Positions 8,029 to 15,312 of a stretch of 29,397 bases of DNA are shown here, piece after piece. This DNA comes from a virus (Duplodnaviria; Caudoviricetes): the IMG/VR virus record IMGVR_UViG_3300035396_001150, positions 1 to 29,397 of that record. One strand, given 5' to 3'. Position 1 is the first letter of the stretch. Every line of letters starts with the position of its first letter. The position numbers and the translations under genes are program-made. The notes below the pieces were generated by a model. It did no database searches, was not told the origin of the DNA, and saw only the letters and a list, made by a program, of their open reading frames with translations.

Positions 8029-9201
8029 TTATACGATTGTTAAGTTATTTTTTTCTACATCAGGTGTAGTTTGTGGAACGATTGCAGATTCCAATAGTTT
8101 GATTCTCTTATAAACTATTTCGTTGTAAATCTCAGTCAATTTGATTTCACTGTCAGCCTGATTGTATTTGCTTGCAATTTTTTCCATTGAATCATATAAC
8201 TCTGGAGTGATACTATCATCAAGAAATTTCACAAGCACGTCTCCAAGCAATATTGGAAGGTCATAATAGTTTTCAGTCCAAACGCCACCACCTTCAACAA
8301 TCTTAGTAACTTTACCTGTTTCGTCTCTTTCTACCAAGTACTCTGGCATAATATCTGGTTTCAAACAAATAGGAATAACACCAGACTTCATACACTCAAG
8401 AGGAAATGTGCCGAAACTTGCAATTCTGTCAATCCATACTGCTGCGAAATTACCTTGCAATCTTTTTGCAAAGTCAACCCTACGCATTGGTTGTGGTGGT
8501 TTACTCTTGGTAAGCATTGGGTCAAATGTTACCCAGCTATAGTTAGGATATTTGCTGAAGAATAACTTAACAAATTTAGAAATCTCGTTAGCATTTCTAC
8601 CCATAACAGATACTACAGGCTTTTGTGGAATACTTGACTTTTCAAAATATTCGGGAATACCAATGTTGTAAACACTGATGTTGAATTTATCTTTACCATA
8701 GAATGTTTCAACCCATTCTTTCAATGCTGGTGAAGTTGTGATGATTTCTTGGATGCCGAATGATGCCCAATCAGTCCCGGGGATTAACGAATTAACCATA
8801 TAATCAACAGATTGCAACAATCCAACCCTTACACATGGTAAGTTTTTAGTTTGCTCCATTACGTTGGTAAAAACTTCGGGAATAACCATTACGTCTTCAG
8901 GACCTACCGTTAATTTAGGGTCTGCCATTGACATATGTTTGAACTGTGTAAGTTCTTTTTCAATCCACACTGGTACGATATAATCACCTTTTTCAACCAT
9001 GATAATTACTTCGTAACCCAAGTTCTTAATTACAGTTGCGTGAAAATAGATTTCATACACACTTGCAACAGGACTCTGTGATTCAGGTACTACAAACAAG
9101 AATTTAGACTTCTTACTTGCAATTCTATCCAATGATACTTTTACCTTTTCAATTTTTTCGATTTCAGCTTGTTCTGCTGATACTTTTAATTCTTCGCTCA
9201 T
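8029..9201 (-). CDS. Glycosyltransferase, GT-B fold (family 4-like)
   Basis: C-terminal SFGTFPLECMKSGVIPI matches the GT4 FGxPxLEAMAxG signature; also DVMVIPE. Confidence 0.75.
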   Translation of the reverse strand: MSEELKVSAEQAEIEKIEKVKVSLDRIASKKSKFLFVVPESQSPVASVYEIYFHATVIKNLGYEVIIMVEKGDYIVPVWIEKELTQFKHMSMADPKLTVGPEDVMVIPEVFTNVMEQTKNLPCVRVGLLQSVDYMVNSLIPGTDWASFGIQEIITTSPALKEWVETFYGKDKFNISVYNIGIPEYFEKSSIPQKPVVSVMGRNANEISKFVKLFFSKYPNYSWVTFDPMLTKSKPPQPMRRVDFAKRLQGNFAAVWIDRIASFGTFPLECMKSGVIPICLKPDIMPEYLVERDETGKVTKIVEGGGVWTENYYDLPILLGDVLVKFLDDSITPELYDSMEKIASKYNQADSEIKLTEIYNEIVYKRIKLLESAIVPQTTPDVEKNNLTIV

Positions 9202-9206
9202 TTTAC

Positions 9207-9941
9207 TTATTTTTTATATTTAATTATTTTTTCGAATTCCTGATTGTCGATTAAATCTGCAACCTGTTTCACTTCGATTGACCCTGCTTTAATATTTTCG
9301 TTATAGGGTCTGATTATTTTTATCAATTTTTTACCCCAAGGAGCACCAATTTTAAGAATTTTTGGGTCGGTGGTTATCAGCACATCAACGTCATTCCACA
9401 TATCCAGAGAATCGTCATAAAATTTATAGTTTCTGAATCTGGTGGAAATCTTACTTAAAAAGAATAATGTTGGTGGAATACTGAATTTGTTTTCAACTGA
9501 AACAATCGTGAATTCTGCAGTATTCTGATACTGTTCAAGGAATTTATTCACATAAACATCCATATTTTTATACATCATAGGTGCAGAACCAAAGATTTCA
9601 AATAAGAAATCCTGATATAAGAAACGATTATAAATTTCTTTAGCACTAATTGGAACTTTCTGTGCCTGTTTGAAAATGAATGCATCTGCTGGTGCTTCAC
9701 CATTTTCGTCAACCTGATAATCAATAGGACTTATATTTTCAGGTGTATCTTCAGGTTCTCGCATTTCTTTAACTGTCTCGACAGTATCTACAAATTTATA
9801 CTCGTCAAAATAGTTATACACATAAGGTTTTTCTGCTGGTGCACCTTCTTCACCGAATTCTTCGATGTAATATCTGTCAAACTGAATCCAGCTTGCTCTT
9901 AATACTTCATTAATGTCAACGCCAATTTTTAATTTACTCAT
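9207..9941 (-). CDS. HAD-superfamily-like protein (5'(3')-nucleotidase-like, divergent active site)
   Basis: IGVDINEVLR (motif I, DxN instead of DxD), TIVS (motif II), DVLITTDP (motif IV region) and RPYN. Confidence 0.6.
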   Translation of the reverse strand: MSKLKIGVDINEVLRASWIQFDRYYIEEFGEEGAPAEKPYVYNYFDEYKFVDTVETVKEMREPEDTPENISPIDYQVDENGEAPADAFIFKQAQKVPISAKEIYNRFLYQDFLFEIFGSAPMMYKNMDVYVNKFLEQYQNTAEFTIVSVENKFSIPPTLFFLSKISTRFRNYKFYDDSLDMWNDVDVLITTDPKILKIGAPWGKKLIKIIRPYNENIKAGSIEVKQVADLIDNQEFEKIIKYKK

Positions 9942-10215
9942 TATTTCCTTTTTTTAATTGATTCAACTGATGTTGAAGTTCTTCTTGTAATTTATTCATC
10001 ATTTCTGTGTGTTCCCGAATTAACTCAGGTTCGATAATGTATTTAGGATTAATACATTCAATCTTAGTATTTGGTGAATTTGTTGGTATTATGATTATTT
10101 CACCTTCAAATGTTTTAGGTATGATTTTATCAGTTACCTTATTAACAAAATCTTGAATATCTTCAGCACGAATGCCTTGTACTCCAACATATATTACCAA
10201 TATTTTTGTCTCCAT
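9934..10215 (-). CDS. Hypothetical protein (93 aa)
   Basis: Overlaps both neighbours in the same operon; C-terminal coiled coil. Confidence 0.75.
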   Translation of the reverse strand: METKILVIYVGVQGIRAEDIQDFVNKVTDKIIPKTFEGEIIIIPTNSPNTKIECINPKYIIEPELIREHTEMMNKLQEELQHQLNQLKKGNNE

Positions 10216-11066
10216 TATGCACCACTTGTTAAACCCGTAGGATTATCATATCTATTTTCTACCAATAATTGTTTAGTATTCGTAGAAATATTAACTTTTT
10301 TAGATTTCTTTTTATACTCCAAATATTTTTCTTCAATAACTGCAATAATCGGATTTCTAACGTTAACATCTTCGGTACTCATTTCAATTACACCTATATT
10401 TGAAGTATTGTCGTACATTTCAAGTAATTGTTCTAAAGAACTCTCATGTTTATTCTTCATATCAATTTGATTAATATCTCCAAGCAATATGAGTTTACAA
10501 TTACTTCCAATACGTGTTAATAATGTCAACGAATTATCGAGTGTAACATTTTGCATTTCATCAGCAATGATTATACAGTCATCAAGACTCGCACCTCTCA
10601 TATAAGCAAGTGGAAATGGTCTGATGATTTCTTTATCAAGTAAAGTTTTCATTGAAGTCTCAAGTATAATCTTCTCCATATTAATGTAATAACTCCACAT
10701 AAATGGGTCAATTTTTTCCTTCAGGTCGCCTTTTAGAAACCCTAATTCTTCACCCTTTAGCGTGGTCACCGACTTAACAAGATAGATTTTCTTGTAACGA
10801 TTACTTGTTTTCCTCAATAAACTCAAAGCATATGCAACTGCAACAAATGTTTTACCAGTACCAGCACGCCCAGCACAAATAGTAATCTCGTTATTCTTTA
10901 TTGAGTTAATTAATTTCTTCTGGCTTTCGTTTTTTGCAATGATTTTAATATCACTTGGTAATAGTTTACCAATTTCACTTTTAATCTTTGCAATCTGAAC
11001 TCCACTATTGACAGAAACTAATTCTTCAAAATCTTGGTCTTCTTTAAATCTATCTCGATTACTCAT
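10215..11066 (-). CDS. phoH: PhoH-family ATPase
   Basis: KNESQK, Walker A GRAGTGKT, GEELGFLKGDLKEK, PLAYMRGASL, IIADEMQN, LLTRIG, GDINQID and VRNP. Confidence 0.95.
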   Translation of the reverse strand: MSNRDRFKEDQDFEELVSVNSGVQIAKIKSEIGKLLPSDIKIIAKNESQKKLINSIKNNEITICAGRAGTGKTFVAVAYALSLLRKTSNRYKKIYLVKSVTTLKGEELGFLKGDLKEKIDPFMWSYYINMEKIILETSMKTLLDKEIIRPFPLAYMRGASLDDCIIIADEMQNVTLDNSLTLLTRIGSNCKLILLGDINQIDMKNKHESSLEQLLEMYDNTSNIGVIEMSTEDVNVRNPIIAVIEEKYLEYKKKSKKVNISTNTKQLLVENRYDNPTGLTSGA

Positions 11067-11075
11067 ATTTTATTT

Positions 11076-11130
11076 AACGTATTACTTTAATTAAATTAAT
11101 TAAATTGTTGATTACATATGTTAATACGTT
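11076..11130. repeat. 9-bp inverted repeat AACGTATTA/TAATACGTT flanking an AT-only tandem
   Basis: Arms at 11076-11084 and 11122-11130; TTAATTAAA twice between them; lies in the divergent phoH/chaperone intergenic region. Confidence 0.6.
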
Positions 11131-11172
11131 TCTTATTTAAAAATCTTGAATACTGACGAAAATTTTTTTTAT

Positions 11173-11181
11173 AGTATTTAT
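11173..11181 (+). promoter_or_regulatory. Putative phage late promoter AGTATTTAT
   Basis: About 35 nt before ATG 11216. Confidence 0.7.
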
Positions 11182-11215
11182 CAAAACAATAATAAAATAT
11201 AAAAAATTATAAAAT

Positions 11216-12151
11216 ATGCCAGAAAACGAAAACACTCCAAAGAGAGAAGCAATTGGTGACGTACTTAAAAAGTATAAAGAACAACGTGAAGCAAATGGAA
11301 ATGAAAATCCTATTGCTGGAGTTCCACCAAGTCCAGTTCAATTTAATGCAATACCAACATCACCAGTTTTCAATCCACAAGAATTTGAAAAAAGTATGAT
11401 GCGAGAAACTGACCCTGATTTAATGACTTCATATGAAATAGTTAAATTACCTTCAAAGGGTTTGTTTTATTCAAGTAAAATTTCTGAAGTAAATGTTGAA
11501 TACATGACTTCTAAAGATGAAGACTTACTTACAACACCTTCATTAATTGAAAGTGGAACAGTTTTAGACATTTTACTTAAGAGAAAAATTAAAACTGCTG
11601 GTATCAGTCCTGAAGAATTATTGGCTGGTGATAGAAATGCAATTATTTTATTTCTTCGTAGTTCAAGTTATGGTGCAGAATATAGTGTTCAAGTACCTGA
11701 CCCAAGGACAAATGTCTTATTTAAAACAACTGTTGACTTATTAAAACTTCAATACAAAGAAGTTAAAGAAACACCAGACCAATATGGTTATTTCAGAGTG
11801 GAATTACCAATGCGTAAGAAAACCGTAGTGTTTAGATTAATAACTTCAGGTGAAGACACTAAGATATTTAAAAAAGCTGAAGCTATTCAAGAAGCATATG
11901 GTGAAGAATTTAGTCAATACAGTACAATGAAGTTAAAATCCTCAATTATATCAATTGATGATAAAACAGATAGGTCATATATTGACAAGTTTGTTGATGC
12001 AATGCCTGCATTGGATGCACTGACTATTCGTAGAAAAATTATTGATGTTAGTCCAGATGTTGACATGGAATACGAATTCTGTACCAAAGACGGATATAAG
12101 TTCAAAGCACAATTATCTGTGGGCATAGATTTTTTTTTCCCCGCAACTTAG
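11216..12151 (+). CDS. Tail/baseplate assembly chaperone (T4 gp26-like)
   Basis: VKLPSKGLFY, YMTSKDEDLLT, LLAGDRNAIILFLR and a C-terminal SPDVDM...GIDFFFP; lies immediately upstream of the tape measure gene. Confidence 0.8.
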   Translation: MPENENTPKREAIGDVLKKYKEQREANGNENPIAGVPPSPVQFNAIPTSPVFNPQEFEKSMMRETDPDLMTSYEIVKLPSKGLFYSSKISEVNVEYMTSKDEDLLTTPSLIESGTVLDILLKRKIKTAGISPEELLAGDRNAIILFLRSSSYGAEYSVQVPDPRTNVLFKTTVDLLKLQYKEVKETPDQYGYFRVELPMRKKTVVFRLITSGEDTKIFKKAEAIQEAYGEEFSQYSTMKLKSSIISIDDKTDRSYIDKFVDAMPALDALTIRRKIIDVSPDVDMEYEFCTKDGYKFKAQLSVGIDFFFPAT

Positions 12152-12155
12152 CGGG
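12130..12155 (+). promoter_or_regulatory. Putative -1 programmed ribosomal frameshift site
   Basis: Nine-T run gives in-frame slippery heptamers T_TTT_TTT and T_TTT_TTC, followed by hairpin CCCGC-aactta-GCGGG containing the TAG stop. Confidence 0.75.
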
Positions 12156-12348
12156 TGAGTACAAAAAAATGGTTAATGAAGAGATTTACATTTTAACCAA
12201 ACACGCTAAGTTCCAAGCAGATTATATCGAGAATCTGCCAGTATATAGAAGACGACACTTTTTGTATCTCTTGCAGAAAGAAAATGAAGAAATTGAAAAA
12301 CTTCACGAACGTGCACAAAATAAAAACAATAATAGACCAAGACGATAA
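12136..12348 (+). CDS. -1 frame extension of the tail chaperone (gpT/gp51-like); alternatively a 59-aa ORF from ATG 12169
   Basis: Reads FPRNLAGEYKKMVNEEIYILTKHAKFQADYIENLPVYRRRHFLYLLQKENEEIEKLHERAQNKNNNRPRR*. Absent from the ORF track; fills the gap before the tape measure gene; IENLPVYRR resembles the short chaperone-extension motif. Confidence 0.8.
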   Translation, partial: FPRNLAGEYKKMVNEEIYILTKHAKFQADYIENLPVYRRRHFLYLLQKENEEIEKLHERAQNKNNNRPRR

Positions 12349-12364
12349 AAATTCTTGGTCTTTT
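12334..12364 (+). terminator. Possible intrinsic terminator overlapping the end of the extension ORF
   Basis: AGACCAAGA-N10-TCTTGGTCT perfect 9-bp stem followed by TTTGTATTT. Confidence 0.6.
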
Positions 12365-12372
12365 GTATTTAT
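12364..12372 (+). promoter_or_regulatory. Putative phage late promoter TGTATTTAT
   Basis: About 18 nt before ATG 12391. Confidence 0.65.
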
Positions 12373-12390
12373 GTAATATAATAATTGATT

Positions 12391-14910
12391 ATGGCAGCAG
12401 ATAAAATTAGCGATTTAAAAGCATTAAGTACAGAATATCAAAGACAACTTGATAATCTTAAGGGTATTGGTTCTCAAGAAGAAAAAAGTCGTATTGTTTC
12501 TGAACAAATTGCTAATAATCAAAGACTTATTACTGAATATATTAAAGACCAAGGAGAAAATAGTACAAAAAATGCTGCTCAGATTGATGAACTAAGAAAA
12601 TCAACAGATGATTTAGTAAACTCCGAAAAAAAGGTAAATGATGAACTTCAAAAGGGCATAAAATATAGAAAAGATAATGTTGACATGGCTAAAGCATTGG
12701 GTCAACAATTAATGCAGGGTTGGAAATATTTACAAGAATCTGATAAAGTAATTAGAGCAACAACATTAAATCTTGGTATGTCTGGAACTAAGGCTGTTGC
12801 GATGCGTGATGCATTTGAAAAATCTGCTGGATACGTTACCAGATTAGGTGGTACACTTGCTGATATTCAAGGTGTAATGGAAGGTTATGCTAATGAAACT
12901 GGTCGTGCACGTGTAATGACAGCCGACATGGTTAAAGACATAACTGCAATTGGTAAAGGTACTGGATTGGGTATTGCCGAAGCAACAAGACTTGGTGCAC
13001 AATTTGAAATAATGGGTATTGACGCAAAATCTACTATGGATTATGTTCAGGGCGTTGTCGATACCAGTGAAAGAATGGGTGTTAATACGACCAAAGTATT
13101 AAAAGTAGTTAATGATAATTTCAAAAAGTTAAATACATATACGTTTCAACAAGGTGTTAAAGGTTTTGCACAAATGGCAATGTATGCTGAGAAGTTCAAA
13201 ATTGATATTGGACAAGCACTTAATGCAGCCGATGTTGCAAGAACACTTGAAGGTGCAATTGATTTAGCTTCACAATTACAGGTTATGGGTGGTGAATTTG
13301 CAAAAACAGACCCATTTGAAATGTTGTTCTTAAGTCGTAACGACCCAGCTAAGTTTACTGAAAAAATTGCTGACATGACTAAAGGTGTCGTTACCTTCAG
13401 AAAGATGGCAGACGGTAGTTTTGAGAAATATATTAGTCCAGCAGACCGTGATAGACTCGCTGCAGTTGCTAAATCTATGGGTATGGAAGCCAGTGCTTTA
13501 ACTGAAATTGCTCAAAGACAGGCTGAAATACAAAAAATGCGTCAACAAATGGGTGGTATGGGTTTAAGTGATGAACAGAAAAAACTCATTGAAGGTGCTG
13601 CAACATTTGATACAAAAAGTGGTAAATTCCAAGTACAGATTGCTGGAACTATGCGAGATATTTCAACATTAACTTCAGACCAAGCAGATGCATTTGCTAA
13701 AGAAAAAGTTTCGTTGGAAGAACGTGCAAAACAAGCAATGACATTTGATGAAACATTTAAGGCAACTATTGAAACACTAAAAGCTGCATTATTACCAATA
13801 TTAAAAGGTATAAATGTAATGTTAACACCACTAAGTAAAATTGCAACTGGATTAAGTAAACTTGCTGGTAGTGGTTGGGGTGGCGTTGTTACCGCAGCAG
13901 GAATATTACTTAGTGCTGGTTTATTATGGAAAGGTATATCAAATAAATTAGGAAATGTAGTTCAAGGATATGTAGATAAAAAAGGTGGTAAGGGATTATC
14001 TGGAATGTTTGGAAAAGCAACACCATCAGTAACTCCTGCAGCACCTGCAAGTCCTACTGGAACTATTAGTGGATTAGCTGAACAACGTAAAGGAATTGGT
14101 GCAGGTGCTGCTGCTGCGGGCAAAGGTAAACAAATGTTAGGTGCAGGTGCTGGTATTGGTGCTGCTGCAGTTGGATTAGGTGCTGGTGTAGGATTAGCTG
14201 CAGTTGGTATTAGTAAACTTGCAGATTCCATGTCAAAATTAACAAAAGAACAGGCAGAAAATTTGAAGAGTATTGCAATGACATTAGCTGTAACATTTCC
14301 ACTTGCAGCAATTGGGATTGGAATTGTAGCTGGAGTTGCTGCACCAGCAGAAGGACCTCTTTTAGCATTAGGTGCAGCACTTTTAATGATTGGTGGTGCA
14401 GTTGGAATTGCAGCAGCAGGTATTGGTTATATGGGAAAAGGTCTTGGTGAAATGTTTGAAAAAACTAAAGGTGGTGGTAAAGAAATGGGTGAAATTGCAG
14501 GTGGCATGGCAAAAATGGCTGGAGCAATGGCATTATTTTCAGTTGGTGGATTAGGACTACCAGTATTCTTAGCAACAATGGGTGCAATTACTGTAGCAAG
14601 TCTTTCATCAGCAAAAATGGCATCTAACTTAGAAAAAATGGGAACTGCGATGAAAGGTACTAAAGATGATTGGATTGCAGTTCAAAATGCGATTACTGCA
14701 ATTAGTGGTGCTAATATTAAAGGTGGTGGTGTAATTGCTGATTTAGCAAATCTAATGAAACAACCATTAAAAGTTGAGTTTGCAAACAATGGAAAGGTTT
14801 CATTAGTAAATGACATTACATTGAACATTGATGGTCAGAAGTTTATGCAAAAAGCATATGATGTTAATATTGCAATTCAAAAGCATGAATCTCTAAGACA
14901 TGGAAAATAA
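12391..14910 (+). CDS. Tail tape measure protein
   Basis: About 839 aa. N-terminal coiled coil, helical core, then Ala/Gly-rich hydrophobic repeats; sits after the chaperone and before baseplate genes. ATG 12391 preferred over TTG 12385. Confidence 0.85.
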   Translation: MAADKISDLKALSTEYQRQLDNLKGIGSQEEKSRIVSEQIANNQRLITEYIKDQGENSTKNAAQIDELRKSTDDLVNSEKKVNDELQKGIKYRKDNVDMAKALGQQLMQGWKYLQESDKVIRATTLNLGMSGTKAVAMRDAFEKSAGYVTRLGGTLADIQGVMEGYANETGRARVMTADMVKDITAIGKGTGLGIAEATRLGAQFEIMGIDAKSTMDYVQGVVDTSERMGVNTTKVLKVVNDNFKKLNTYTFQQGVKGFAQMAMYAEKFKIDIGQALNAADVARTLEGAIDLASQLQVMGGEFAKTDPFEMLFLSRNDPAKFTEKIADMTKGVVTFRKMADGSFEKYISPADRDRLAAVAKSMGMEASALTEIAQRQAEIQKMRQQMGGMGLSDEQKKLIEGAATFDTKSGKFQVQIAGTMRDISTLTSDQADAFAKEKVSLEERAKQAMTFDETFKATIETLKAALLPILKGINVMLTPLSKIATGLSKLAGSGWGGVVTAAGILLSAGLLWKGISNKLGNVVQGYVDKKGGKGLSGMFGKATPSVTPAAPASPTGTISGLAEQRKGIGAGAAAAGKGKQMLGAGAGIGAAAVGLGAGVGLAAVGISKLADSMSKLTKEQAENLKSIAMTLAVTFPLAAIGIGIVAGVAAPAEGPLLALGAALLMIGGAVGIAAAGIGYMGKGLGEMFEKTKGGGKEMGEIAGGMAKMAGAMALFSVGGLGLPVFLATMGAITVASLSSAKMASNLEKMGTAMKGTKDDWIAVQNAITAISGANIKGGGVIADLANLMKQPLKVEFANNGKVSLVNDITLNIDGQKFMQKAYDVNIAIQKHESLRHGK

Positions 14911-14934
14911 TTTTCATTGAAACAGTAAAAACAC

Positions 14935-14965
14935 TTGCAATTGTCAAAAAAAAGTTGTACCTTTG
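14935..14965 (+). promoter_or_regulatory. Bacteroidota-type sigma-A promoter (-33 TTG / -7 TACCTTTG)
   Basis: TTG 14935-14937, 20-nt spacer, TACCTTTG 14958-14965; overlapped by inverted repeat TTGTCAAA-N13-TTTGACAA. Confidence 0.65.
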
Positions 14966-15287
14966 ACAAGTTTTATCAAAATTTCAATTGCACGTCTTTC
15001 AGACAGTCATCAGTTTCAAAACTCTTTCTCCGTTCTGCGAACAAAGAACAAATTTACAAGATTGTTATCAACTTCTTTGAATCCGATAAAAACTCGACAA
15101 TAAGGGATAACTATACTCATTTCTGAAGAAATTCAATTTAAATCAAAATTACATATTAATTAATTACCAAGCAAGAGTTATTGTCACATAACCCAATATT
15201 GTTTTGATATAAAAGAGTATTATCACGTTTTTCGGTTTACTATAGTTTTTCCCAATGTAAAAGTAGGTCATATAAAATTATTCTGCA

Positions 15288-15296
15288 AGTATTTAT
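15288..15296 (+). promoter_or_regulatory. Putative phage late promoter AGTATTTAT
   Basis: About 16 nt before ATG 15313. Confidence 0.7.
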
Positions 15297-15312
15297 TGAA
15301 AAAGATTTAATA

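Larger units (their letters stand above)
14911..15312. other. Long non-coding region with clustered TTRTC motifs (candidate replication origin or ncRNA locus)
   Basis: Largest intergenic gap in the window; nine TTRTC/GAYAA copies between 14941 and 15225; AT-rich tract at about 15129-15166. Confidence 0.4.

Noticed and set aside
14092-14430. GGT/GCA/GCT-rich repetitive DNA in the tape measure gene
   Set aside because: Explained by Gly/Ala-rich protein sequence typical of tape measure proteins; not a discrete DNA repeat element.
14935-15126. 63-aa ORF in the ORF track
   Set aside because: Starts at a TTG that is the -33 promoter element, upstream of the predicted TSS; no in-frame ATG and no recognisable protein features.
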